64,000 nucleotides of DNA. It comes from Pseudogymnoascus verrucosus. Lineage: Eukaryota. The number at the start of each line of letters is the position of its first letter. Position 1 is the first letter of the stretch. Both the position numbers and the translations under genes were made by a program. The DNA lies in NCBI GenBank assembly GCA_001662655.1, contig KV460217.1. One strand, written 5' to 3'. The notes under the pieces were generated by a model. That model worked only from the letters and a program-made list of their open reading frames with translations. It had not been told where the DNA came from and searched no databases. Below are positions 1 to 12,080 of this stretch, piece after piece.

Positions 1-177
1 AGTAGTACTCGGGCAACACTGAGTTTTATAAGGCTTAATAATATTATGTATAAACTATCTTTACTTTTATTAGCTTACTTCCCCTCCTAGTTCTACTTGT
101 TACCTAAGTCTCTATCTTTGTCTTAAAGCATTTTAGATATCTATATATACTTTACTAACATTAAATCCTAGGGCTAT

Positions 178-476
178 TGTAAGGATGCCTCCTTACTCGG
201 GGTAGTTACGGCCGTCACGTGGCGCCATCGAGACTCGGGGCCGTTACGGGTCAGTCGCGACTAACAGCCTTAGGCACATAACGTAAGGAAGCCTTAGGCA
301 AACAGGGAGCTAGCTGAGTCGGAGCGGTTTCGGGTATTTTAAGGGAACAGCCATACAGGGTTACACCTTCATCTTTTTTGTATCCTTCGTAGTAGACCTA
401 TAGGATTGCACCGACTTCTATCCGACTCGCACTCCCATATGCAACTTCTCGTGATACGGTGCCCTGTGTCCTTACA
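178..476 (+). repeat. 5' LTR
   Basis: TG...CA ends with an 8-bp terminal inverted repeat; matches 7675-7973 except for 4 transitions seen by eye. Confidence 0.97.
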
Positions 477-478
477 TT

Positions 479-491
479 ATACAAAAAAGAT
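479..491 (+). other. Self-priming primer-binding site
   Basis: ATACAAAAAAGAT, 2 nt downstream of the 5' LTR, is the exact reverse complement of LTR 371-383 (ATCTTTTTTGTAT). Confidence 0.8.
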
Positions 492-842
492 CACGCCTGC
501 CGGGGACGGCCGTACGTAAATAATATCCCACAACTAGAACGACTCAGGAGAACTGTCGAAACACCACCGACCGCGACTCAGTGACATTTCGAAGTAGAGA
601 CCTGACGACTTCAAATAGCCGTGACCCTAGAGAACTCACGGATAACCAGTGGATCAGGGTTTGATCCTGCAGAGCAAGCTGGTAAAGTCGCCGACGCGTT
701 GGCGCCGAATAGGATACGAGATCCTTAAGAACCCCCTTAAGCACAGAGGCAATTGTGAACAAGAGTGTTGATAGCTACGAGCTACCGGAAGTCAAACTCT
801 TTCGTATCGACACCGATACACCCCCGAACCAATATGAGGAAA

Positions 843-2096
843 ATGACCTCAAACATCCCCCAAGACAATGATAGTCAACCGTCACGAATGTCAACGAGAC
901 AAACCACTGCTGCAGCTACGACCGCTGCACCCACCGATGACATACCGGATCGAATGGCAAACCTCGAGATCTAGATGCAAGAGATCAAGGAAATGATAGC
1001 CAACCTAGCGGCAACCTAGACCAGAATTCCGTCCACGCTACTAGTGGACACCGTCGAAGTTGCGGAGCGACGAACTTCCCCTATGCGAAACACCCCCGAG
1101 ACAGTTTAGTTGCCGCCTCTTCGAAACACTCGTTCTCCATCGATTCCGAGGATGTATTCCGAAGACCCTCCGAATCGCTACAAGAAATCCACTATCTCTA
1201 AGAAGATTACGCCGCTCAGCGATGGGATAGAACATACCTTTATGCAATGGAGCGCGTCCATTCAGGACCGCCTCATAGTCAATGAGGATCACTACCCTAC
1301 CGACGTCTCGAGAAGAGCGTTGATATAGGGGACTACGACTGGCCTAGCAAAGAAATACCTCGAACCCTAATACCTATCCGCGACCCACGGGTTTCGGAGT
1401 GCCGACGAGATGATGGACCTGTTAGGTTCATATTACCTTACTAGTAACGAAACGGAACAGGCCCGGAACCTCTTCGACGACCTCTAAATAGGAGAGAAAG
1501 GACATACAAACGAGACTTTCTTAGAGTTTAAAGCTCGCTTCCAAAGTGCAGCTATTATAGGACAGGTCACCGAGTCGGAATGGTTTCGGTACATGTGGAA
1601 CAAGTTGACCCCTCAATTCCATAGCCGCGTAGCGGTTATCAAAAGTCAATGGAAGGGAGACTACCACACCATGGTCCGAGAACTCACCGCCTTCGATTAG
1701 GAGCGGCGCCAGAACAACGAGTTGAGCTTCCCGTCTAAGAGCGGCGAGTCGAGCTCCCGAGGACCCGCCCGCCTAAGCTCATCTAGGTTCACGCCCATGG
1801 ACCCCGGAAAGGCCCAGCCACTAAGGCAGACAAGAAACCCTCTAGTTTCCTTCTAGAGGACTCCCTTTACGCCCACGGCCCCTAAGCCGGACATTACAGG
1901 CCGCATGCGGACCGCCGTGCCGGCTACGTCCAGGAACTGTTTCAAGTGCGGCAAGCCGGGCCATTTCTAAGACAAATGCCCGCTTAACCCCACCGTTAAG
2001 GAGATTGATCGCGAAGCCCCTAAGGACGAAGAGCAGTGGGAGGAAGCAGTCGCCTACTAGTCGGATGCGTCCCTAGAGGAAAACGACGAGGCCTAG
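843..2096 (+). pseudogene. gag: Retrotransposon gag with in-frame stops
   Basis: One frame shared by ORF fragments 765.. and 1110..; zinc knuckle CFKCGKPGHF*DKC at 1938-1979 (CAA>TAA). Start codon approximate. Confidence 0.85.
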
Positions 2097-5000
2097 GGAA
2101 AGGCTCCTTCCTAGGTCTACGCAAATGTAATCTGTAAGGACTAGATTTACGAGAGCTCTTAGGAGGCTCCTAATTTCTCGTTGATACAACCCTAAGTATG
2201 AACGGACTCGGGGTGCAAACGAAGTCACTCGTAGACATAGGAGCAAATGGCTACCTCGTCATTAATAAGCCTTTTGCGCAACGGTTGTCGAAAGCGCTCT
2301 AGAGCCCTATACGGAAACTGCCCTACTCTGTACCCATACGTGGATTTTAGCGAAATATCCAAAGCTACGTGTCGGAGTATATTCGGTTACACTTAACAGT
2401 CGAAGGACGCCGAATCTATAACTGCCCCTTTGTGCTCCTAGATCTCGGAGCGCAAGATGTGATAATTGGGAAGAAGCTTTTTAGCCGCTTCCGAATCCTA
2501 CTTAACTCTGCAAAGAGCCGGCTAGTATGGCTAAAGGAGTACCCGCCTACTCCTAGCTGGAGCAAAGAGATCACCTTAGCCTACCACTCGCGTGAACTGT
2601 CTATACGTCACCCCGCCCATCAATCGGATGCGAACCAGCGGGACGATGCCATCGACCATGACGACAGACGACGTAAGGGCGGACGCTCGATACTAATGAA
2701 AGTGATAACGGCCCATCGTGACGCTATTATGATTACCCCACTGAGCTTGGTGCGAGACGAGGGAACGACCCACCCGCACCCCAAAACCCTAAGGACACGA
2801 GCCTCGCCCGTGGAAACCTATAAAGACAGACCCTTAGGACAAGTAGAGGCGAAACCTCTAAGAAACGGACCATCCGCATATGAAAGAAAGAACCATGGGA
2901 GGAGCGGAGTTGTCTCTCCCTCCCGACGCTAGACCCTGTTACGCAGCTTTACGCCGGTCTAAATTTGCGAGATTAGCGCAAACGCTTTCCACTATGAGAT
3001 GATGCGAAGCGACTCCGAGTTCTTTACGACAAGCATCTACGAGATCGACTAGATCATCCAGGAGAGGGAAGCGGCCGAGGACGAAGAAACGCTCTGCCTT
3101 ATTCGGGACAAGCTTCTGCATACGCACCGCAACTATTCCGATGTCTTCTCAAAGTCGGAATCTAATCAGCTTCCCCCACATCGCATATACGATCACAAGA
3201 TACAACTAGAAGCCCCTTTACCAAATGCCTTTTCGCCACTATACCGACAAAGCACCGAAGAGCTTAAGGCGACTAAGCAATACCTATTAGAGAACCTTGA
3301 GAAGGGCTTTATAGTTAATAGCAATAGCCTGTTTGCCTCCCCTATACTGTTCATGAAGAAGGCAGATGGCAAACTGAGATTTTGTATCGACTACCAGAAG
3401 TTGAACGGACTTACCCATAACGACCCCTACCCTATCCCGCGTATCGACGAACTACTAGGACGGGTGTCGAAAGCAAAAATCTTCACGAAGCTAGACATTA
3501 GGCAAGCCTTCTATCGTATACGAATGGACCCCGACTCCGAAGAGTACACGACCTTCCGAACTCGATATAGATCCTACAAATGCAAAGTGCTGCCGTTTAG
3601 TCTAACGAACAGCCCCGCAACCTATTAGAGGTATATGAACGACGTTCTTATGTAATACTTAGACGACTTCTGTACTGCCTACCTAGACGACATCCTAATC
3701 TACTCTAAGGACCCTACGGAACACATGGACCACGTATATAAGGTCCTATAACGGCTTCGAGAAGCAGGACTACAAGCCGACATTAAGAAATGCGAGTTCA
3801 ACGTAACCCGGACAAAGTATTTAGGCTATATCCTGACTACTACCGGTGTCGAAGCGGATCCTAAGAAGATCGAACCCCTCCGGAATTGGATCTAGCCAAC
3901 AACTGTCACAGGCGTGAAGTCTTACCTTGGATTCTGCGGCTCCTACCGCTAATTTATCAGAAATTTCGGGAAAATAGCCAAGCCTCTCACCACTATCACC
4001 AGCCCCTCGGAACCGTTTCTATGGACTGACGAATGTGAGAACGCTTTTGAAGAAATGCACCGACAGCTTTTAGCCGTGTAGGCGCTCCACCACTTTAACC
4101 CCGAATTGCCTACGAAGCTGGAAACAGACTCCTCTAACGGAGTCGTAGCTGGTGTTCTTTCTCAGGAACACCTAGACAAGCGATGGTATCCCGTAAGCTT
4201 CTACAGTCACGTCCTATCCGGGCACGAGATCAATTGGGAGATCCACGACAAGGAACTGTTCGCTATCGTGAAAGCGTTCGCAAAATGGAGGCTAGAATTG
4301 ACATCGGTACGCTACCGAATCGACGTTTACACCGATCACCGATCGCTAGAATACTTCATGACGACGAAGGTTCTCACGGCGAAGCAGGTTCGGTGGATGG
4401 AGCTACTCTCTGACTTCAACTTCTGTATTACATATATAGCTGGCAAGAACAATTAGAAGGCAGATATACTGAGCCGAAGAGAGCAAGACCTAATTACACA
4501 GCAGAAGGTCAAACTAGACAGCCGTGCAAGGGTGCTTTTAGGCCTAGCCTAACTACACCCCCGAATTAGTGCCGAATTAGCACAAACGTACGTGGCCTCG
4601 ATCAATGCGATGGACGCCCTAAACACCTAGGTCCCCTTTGACCTAATAGAAGCGCTCTGCGCGGATAATAGGAGGTCGTTTACCGACACTCGCACGAAAG
4701 ACCCCCTACCTAATGGGTTTACAATGAAGGACCAACTATTGTTATATAAGGGTCGACTGTGCGTAACCCGGCACACTAAGTTATGTATGAAACTCATACA
4801 GGAAGCACACGATCAAGTATCAGTAGCCCACCCTAGTGGCAGAAAAACTTATCAGTTACTCGCCCCGAAGTATCATTAGGTCGGAATGGAAGCGGGTTGT
4901 CTCCGATACGTACGTAACTACGTGACGTGCCGACTCACTCACACTAACGTCACGAAGCAGCAAGGCTTCTTACACCCCCTACTAGTACTAGAATACCCCA

Positions 5001-6205
5001 TGCAACACCTAACGATGGACTTTAAGGAATTCCCAAAGGATAAACACGGATTCGACAGCATCCTTGTGTTCATGGACCGACTCGGTAAGGGTTCGGTGTC
5101 CATACCGTGTCATAAGACCACCGATGCCCGCTAAATGGCGCAGCTATTCATCAAATGGATATATCGATTCAGACACACCCTAGAGTCGATCATTAGTAAT
5201 CGCGGACCCCAATTCATATCAGCTTTCTGGCGAGAGTTCTGCCGAATTATAGGGGTTAAGATTAAGCTGTCGACAGCCTATCACAAGTAGACTGACGGGC
5301 AGACGGAAATCATGAATCGGTATATCGATTAGAGACTGAGGCCCTTCGTATCACATTACTAGGATAACTAGAGCAAGCTCATTCCTATCATGGATCGGGT
5401 GCAAATGACCCTTCCCCATGCCTCGATCGGAATGACCCCCTACCGACTTAAGTACAGAACTGATCTGCGCACTAGTTGGGACTAGGAAACCCCGAAAGCC
5501 ACGACCCCTAGGGAAATCATGAACTAGAAGGAAGCTAAAGCAGTAGCAAACCGCATGCACTCCGCATGGATTTACGCAAAGGAGAACATGGCTAAAGCAC
5601 AAGAGGATATGTCTAAATACGCGAATCGATACCGACAAGCCATTGACTGGGACGTAGGAGACAAGGTTTACCTATCGACTAAGAATCTGAAAAATCACCG
5701 CCCTAGCCGTAAGCTGGGGCAACAATGGGTCAGACCCTATACGGTACTGGAACAAATCGGACACGCCTTCCGACTAGACCTACTGAAGGGTTCCCAAATA
5801 CACGGTGTCTTCTCTCTAGACGTACTCATTAAGGCTCCGAATAACCCGCTGCCCGGTCAAGTAGCGCCTAAGCTAAGCAGCGAAGTCGTAGACGGCCTAG
5901 AGGAGTGGGAGGTCGAAAAGATCCTCGCTGTAAGGATCTAGCGAAAACAACTTTAATACTAGGTATCCTAGGTCGGATACGATCCGGACCCGGAATGGTA
6001 CCCCGCCTCAAACTTTAAGAACTCCCCCTACAAAATCCGGGAGTTCCACGCGGAGTACCTAAACCTGCCAGGACCGCCGTAGGACCTACCCGGCTGGATT
6101 ACGGAATGGGAGATAGGCAAACTAAGCTACGATCACGAGAGGCACGGCAAAGCAGAGGAAAACAGCGTCGTTGCTACCTACGACACTAAACTAAACACCC
6201 TCTAA
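2078..6205 (+). pseudogene. pol: Retrotransposon pol (protease, RT, RNase H, integrase, chromodomain) with many TAA/TAG stops
   Basis: All in one frame, -1 relative to gag: LVDIGA (degenerate DTGA) near 2227, [22 protein letters not shown] near 3677, ETDSS..IHDKEL..YTDH (RNase H), H..H..C zinc finger, MDF..D..TE integrase core, and EEWEVEKIL chromodomain near 5900. Confidence 0.93.
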
Positions 6206-6359
6206 GCCAGGGCACCCTTAGAGCCGTAGCCCTTGCGGAAGCCACCCTTCCCAAACGTCTTACTAGCGTCGCAACAAGCGGCTACTACCATGAGAGACGA
6301 AGGGTCGAAGTGACCCTACGCGAAAGACTACGCCTGAGTTCCCTCCGACACAGGGCCTA

Positions 6360-7106
6360 TCACCTAAGGTCGACGGCCACCCCCTCCTCCTCCACCTCCT
6401 CCGCCCCCCTCTTCCTCTTCTTCCCCCTACCACCGCCCACCTTCGCTGCCGCAGCGAGGGCGTCGGGGATCCTCTCTACCAACTCCCCTACCGCATCTAC
6501 CGCAGAAGCCACCCCATTAAGGGCAGCGATCTCCTTCTCCTAGTTTACTAGGATTAGGGCCGATTTCTGGCCCACGACGGCCACGGCCTAGCGGACCCGC
6601 TACGGTCGTCAGCGCGAGAACCAAAAACACACAAGGGAAATGGAAAACTTACCTCTAGACCGTCCTTGACGGCAGCGCAGAGGGCGCAACTCTCCATATA
6701 GGCTGAAAGCTCGGCCGGGGAGCGGAACTTCGGCATATTGGCGGTGGCTAATGTGACCACACGCCCAATCTCCGCCGCAGCGGCCTTAATGGCAGCGGGG
6801 ACGGGAGGGGTTGCTGCCTCAGCAGCTAGGAGCTTCTAGTACTCCGGGCCAGCAAACCAGGAGATCTATCTCTAGAGGTCAGCGACGGGCAGACAGACAA
6901 ACCACAAAACCGAAAGCTAAACGAGAACCTACTAGAACACACGTTGCGTGTTAGGCCACGTAGCGCTCACACTTAGAGCTTTCTAAGCTCTACACACACG
7001 AGACGGCGGGATCTCCGTCCTTCTTGCGGCCTTTGGCGCGTACGCAGCGCATACACTGCTGGCGGAAAGCCACAGTGAGGGCGCTGGGAGGAGGGGGAAC
7101 CGGCAT
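6360..7106 (-). pseudogene. Antisense, two-intron accessory gene inside the retrotransposon; Cys-cluster N-terminus and basic NLS-like tail
   Basis: Exons 7106-6933, 6865-6653 and 6599-6360. Introns GTAGGT..GCTGAC..TAG and GTAAGT..GCTGAC..TAG, both phase 0. Reads MPVPPPPSALTVAFRQQCMRC-x15-C-x8-CER(Y)-x6-C ... GKKRKR. Internal stops are all TAG/TAA (RIP-type). The 3' end is uncertain. Confidence 0.7.
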
Positions 7107-7660
7107 CTTCAAATTGGAAATCTGCGATTTCCCGTCAGCCCAACCCAAGTTATCACCACCGCGCTAGCGCGGTTCCGTCACCTACCAAATCGTTGGTTGT
7201 GTTTTTGTATCTAAAAACAACCTGTTAGCATCTAGCTGTACCATCAGAAGGGCCACTTACTAGTCTTAGGAGGGGGGGTTAGCGTCGTTGTTGTGAAGAA
7301 AACAACAAGTTGTGGGCGAAGCTCGAATTCATATTCTGGCTTATAACAAAGCCGTCCGAATCGGGTTAGCGCTGAATTTCCCCTTTACATTGAAATTCTA
7401 CGACGACACACATACCACGCGGACTCTATTCGATACCAATACGGACCCTCGCCTACTAATCGCCGCGCACACAACAAAGATGCGACTTTGCGCAAACGGA
7501 TTCAGACCACTTCCAGTGCCTATACGGCCGCCTACCATTAGCCTTCTAGACAAACAAAGGGCATTCTAGTCTTAGCGCCCGCACCTCACCTACCAACCCG
7601 ACCAAGGGCTCGTCGCGGCAGCTACTCGGCTTGCGTGCTTTGAGGACAAAGCACCTTCTC

Positions 7661-7674
7661 AAGGCGGGGGGTAG
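7661..7674 (+). other. Polypurine tract
   Basis: AAGGCGGGGGGTAG immediately before the 3' LTR. Confidence 0.8.
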
Positions 7675-7973
7675 TGTAAGGATGCCTCCTTACTCGGGGT
7701 AGTTACGGCCGTCACGTGGCGCCATCGAGACTCAGGGCCGTTACGGGTCAGTCGCGACTAACAGCCTTAGGCACATAACGTAAGGAAGCCTTAGGTAAAC
7801 AGGGAGCTAGCTGAGTCGGAGCGGTTTCGGGTATTTTAAGGGAACAGCTATACAGGGTTACACCTTCATCTTTTTTGTATCCTTCGTAGTAGACCTATAG
7901 GATTGCACCGACTTCTATCCGACTCGCACTCCCATATGCAACTTCTCGTGATACAGTGCCCTGTGTCCTTACA
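7675..7973 (+). repeat. 3' LTR
   Basis: Copy of 178-476, followed by TSD GCTAT. Confidence 0.97.
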
Positions 7974-8013
7974 GCTATAGACTTAGGTAGGCGTTATTAT
8001 ATAGCTAGCCTAC

Positions 8014-8288
8014 TATAAGGATACCTCCTTACTTAGGTTAGTTATAGTTGTTATATAGCACCCTTAAGACTTAGGGCTATTATAGTTTAATTATAACTAT
8101 AAGCCTTAGGTAAATAGGGAGTTAGCTAAGTTAAAGGGGTTTTAGGTATTTAAGGGAATAGGAATAGAGGGTTACACCTTTATCTTATTTATATCCTTTA
8201 TAGTAGACCTATAGGATATAATATAGCATTACCTCTAACTCGTACTCCTATATGCTACTATAGAGAGCTATATCCCTATGTCCTTATA
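8014..8288 (+). mobile_element. Heavily RIP-mutated LTR (probably solo) of a related family
   Basis: TATAAGGATACCTCCTTACTTAGGTTAG...TCCTTATA is a C>T/G>A version of TGTAAGGATGCCTCCTTACTCGGGGTAG...TCCTTACA. It shares the internal GGGTTACACCTT and TAGTAGACCTATAGGAT motifs. Confidence 0.85.
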
Positions 8289-9111
8289 CTAGAAGGATCC
8301 TCCTAGGTGCTTATATAACTAAGGAGTATGCTCTAGGTTCGTCTCTACTCTATAGACAAAGCTCTTTAGAGACTCTCTCCCCTAAGAGGACACTCCCTAG
8401 AGGGCTTAACCCCTGTGAGTCCAACGCCCCTATAAGCTTTCTCTATAGTGTAGTGTTTCCTTATAAGGTCTTACGTAATGCCCGCTTATGCATGAAGAGA
8501 GTTAGAAGGCGAAAGGTCTAAGATGCTAAGTGTTCTAAGTGACGCCTCCCTGTAATTTGCATTACTAAATAGGACTGTTCATTATTGTCTATTTAAGCTT
8601 CCTACCTGTGAGTGGCAGTATCGATTGCTAATGCTGATATGCGTGGAAATAACCTAGTAGACCAGCTCACTAGTGGCTCCACCTCCATTCATAAGTGTGT
8701 AAGTGTAAGGTGGATGAAATCGACAAAGTTTCAAGTGTAGCGCACGGACAGCAGCAACCCATCCGGGCTAACACGTGAGACTATGAGAAACAGGAGGGTT
8801 GAATTAAGTGGACAGAAAAAACACACCAAGCACAGATTATATTTACACCGATCTGTAAGAAACAATACAGATTATATTTCCACCGATTTGTAAGAGACCA
8901 CGGAACCATGTTCAGAAAAGCGCCAAGACTGGATCGAAGTATCGCTGAAGCGCCCGCCTCTCTTCTTATCAAACGAAGAACCTCCTTATTTTAACCTTTG
9001 GTCAAAATTTTCGAAGGCATATTCATTAAGAAAAAAAAGCGACGGTTAGGGAGCTAGTGATAGACTTAATAGTCCGTATTACTAGAATGTAGGTCCTAAT
9101 TTTTCAGATTT

Positions 9112-11392
9112 TTACCAAGAGTCTAGGAAGAAATTGGGGCTGAGTAGATCCAGTTCCCTAATTTCCGAATTCATATCCACCGCCCAGTCGAATTCTACTT
9201 CTCCCGGAGGTAGAGCGTCTTGTCCATTTAATGAATCTGTTTTGCGATATAAGTACCATTACTTTCCTTATGTATAGGTATTTGAGATAGATCCATACCT
9301 GCTGTTAGTTTCATAGCAGACCGTAGTCTTTCTCGACAACCCTCCAGCACTTCGACCGCCCGAAATGAAGCGTGGAGTTGCACTTTATTGTGCTTTAAGG
9401 TGTGAATCGCCTTCCGCCAGGAGGCCTTGTAAGGTTCGGATTCTAGATCCACACTGCTATCAGGACGTATAGCCGCAGCCAAAAGGATGCTAGCAGCTGC
9501 ATATGAGACTGTAGAAGTCAGCATCATGTGAATTTAGAAGGGCGATAGATAATGGTCAGAGTTTAGAGGTGAAAGGGGCCCTTGCAGTAGACGGCATGCC
9601 AGCTAGAACTTTGGCTAGAGTTCAACTCATCTTCGTACAGCGTGTCTATGATTAGTTGTGCCGTGGAGACACAGAGAGTTCTGATCTCTTGTGTAGTGTT
9701 TTGGCCCAGCGTTGAAGAATTCATTGTTCTAGATGAAACAATATTCCCCCCTGCAGGGTGAACCCCCTCAAGAAGCCAAGGTCTAAGGATAAGAAGCCGG
9801 ACATACAGGATCCTAGAGTATTAGTAAGGCGCACATATTTATTCAGACAGGGCAAGCTACAAACCTGCAATTCAGGGTCTTCGTTTGTACCTGAAAACAT
9901 CTCTTCATCTGGCTAGCGTTATTTGTGAAATCCTCCTGCAACTTCAAGTGTGTTGGGATGTTCTTGAGTAGGTCGTCAAGTTGCGAGTTCAGCGTGAATG
10001 TGCTGACCAGTCTCTTCGTGAATGTCAAATGAGGTTTCTCTTGTGAGGGGTGTTCGATTTTGTCATTCGAAGAAGAATAGATGGTAGATAAGACGTTGTC
10101 GAGGATATCGAAAAGACTTATGGAGTACACAAATCCATCCATTTTGGAGTGAAGACCTGGTGGCTGGCAGCCTTTACCAACATGCTGGAGAAATTCATCG
10201 TCAATCGCTTGAGGCGGCTCGACATTCCAAAATCTGGATAGGGTTACAGGCCGTCCAAAAGTCGTCGCTGTCATTCTGCTATTTATCAACGGCCAATCAT
10301 GGAGGCCCGAGTCTGGTGAAGTACTTATCAAGGATGACGCAGCAATACCAGATCCTACGCCGCATTTCTCGTTTCAGTTGAGATTCATTGCTATGAAGAA
10401 AATTGTTCTCTTGGTGTAGGCCAAGACTTTGAGCAAGTCGGAGCCCAGCACCGACCATGTCCCAGCACCGATTGGCATATGCTGTAGAATGCAGATAGAT
10501 TGCTGTTAGGAGAAACAGCTGGACGTGTGACTGGGTCGGAACGTCTATTGCATCTAGAGAAAAAAAGGTGCGAGACCTTTCGTAGAATTCAGCCGCAGAA
10601 GTAGTGCGCTGCTCAAAAGGGAGGTGGTTGTCATATTGACAGCCAAGGGCGAATATAATGTTCAAGGTTGCTTGAAGGAGATCCCTTTCAAGTACATCTC
10701 TCCCCACATCAGCTTCACAAGGTTGGCAAATAAGGCTGTATGAGCGCTGGACGCTTGGACGATGCAGGATTGGAAATATAGGTTGGATGTTGTCCCAGAA
10801 GCATTCCATCAACGCGACCGAATCTTCTGGACTCGGAAATGGAAAATTCAGTTCCGGAGCGATGCGAGACTGGAGGGGTAGGGAGCTTTCTGCACCCCGA
10901 GATTGTGCGGTATTTGGCCACTCTTGCTGAGCCTTATTTGCTGTGTCCATGACAGCGGTGACTTGGTTGATAAAAGAATCATTGGAGGAAGATCCGTGAA
11001 TTGACTGGTCAACAAGAATTGTTTCTTGTCCTAGCTGCTTAACTTCTACATGCTCATCACGCAACTCGTGCAAAGCATTAGCCAGTGGGTTTGAGGAGCA
11101 CTGGGATGCTTCAAAGCTGTCTGGACGTTCTGAGCTGGTTCGGCTCTGCTCAAGTAACCTCAAGCGGCCTTCTATCTCGGAAATTGACCTAGAGGGCATT
11201 TCAATGAGATGAGCACGGAGATCTCCTTAAACCGACTTACGAAGACGACTTTGGCAAGCTTTGTTCGTACTGACACTTCAATCCTCTTTCTTGACAAGAT
11301 CTGCAGATTGGTCGATCCCCATTACAACGCGTCTTACGATTTCGACACTGGCTGCAAGCAAGTAGAATCTTGCGACGCTTTTGAGGCAGCAT
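9112..11392 (-). CDS. Zn(II)2Cys6 transcription factor with fungal-specific TF middle-homology region
   Basis: Exon 1 reads [40 protein letters not shown]. Later motifs [27 protein letters not shown] and TFGRP. Multi-exon; 3' end approximate. Confidence 0.9.
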
Positions 11393-12080
11393 AGTTATTG
11401 TCTTTTAGAAAACTGATATGGGTAAGAATGTCAGATCGCCCATCGATTTACAGCGGAATGAACGTGGAACCCAGCTAGCTAGATGACAATTAGATCTAGC
11501 ATAGGGTTTATTATAAATGTACACTGACTCGCAACAGAAGTGGAAACCTCCAACCCGTCGACTTCAATTAATATGACGCAAAGTTCGGGTGCCAAGCCGC
11601 GGAGATCGGGATCGGAATATAAAAACTCCGAACTCCGCGGGTAGGTGCCGTACACTTGGGTGCTTATGAACGAGTTACGCTTTGGTGTCTTTTCATATTC
11701 GCTGCTACATCCTGTTACGTTTTGTTTCGGTATTGTTGTTGCTGTACCGGTTCAGCTAGAGTCTATCGCTGTGTACACCTAATTCACTTGCATACACCCC
11801 ATTATATCTTTGTAGTATGGTTTTGCTACTATAACAACTAATTCACCATCGCGGTAGTTGAGCTTCATGTCATATCATCCATTAGGTCGTCGCGCTCCTC
11901 CGATCTCCCCGAACATGTCTTAGTCTAATCAAACTTAATTTCCATTGTCTTTTGCTATAAAGTCACAGCTCGTTCTTGAGGAGTACTAAATCATAATTCC
12001 ATCCTTTCACAGCATCCTTTCGCAGCAATCCATCAACCCATTTCCAAAGCACATCATCAATCTTCGACACAGCTACAACA

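Larger units (their letters stand above)
178..7973 (+). mobile_element. Full-length Ty3/gypsy chromovirus LTR retrotransposon, inactivated by RIP-like nonsense mutations
   Basis: Two 299-bp direct repeats (178-476, 7675-7973) bounded by TGTAAGGA...TCCTTACA. Identical 5-bp TSD GCTAT at 173-177 and 7974-7978. Internal order is gag (CCHC), PR, RT, RH, IN, chromodomain. Purine tract before the 3' LTR. Confidence 0.97.

Noticed and set aside
7312..7569. 85-aa sense ORF before the 3' LTR as an env-like gene
   Set aside because: GTG start, short, no TM or signal features; more likely upstream region of the antisense gene.
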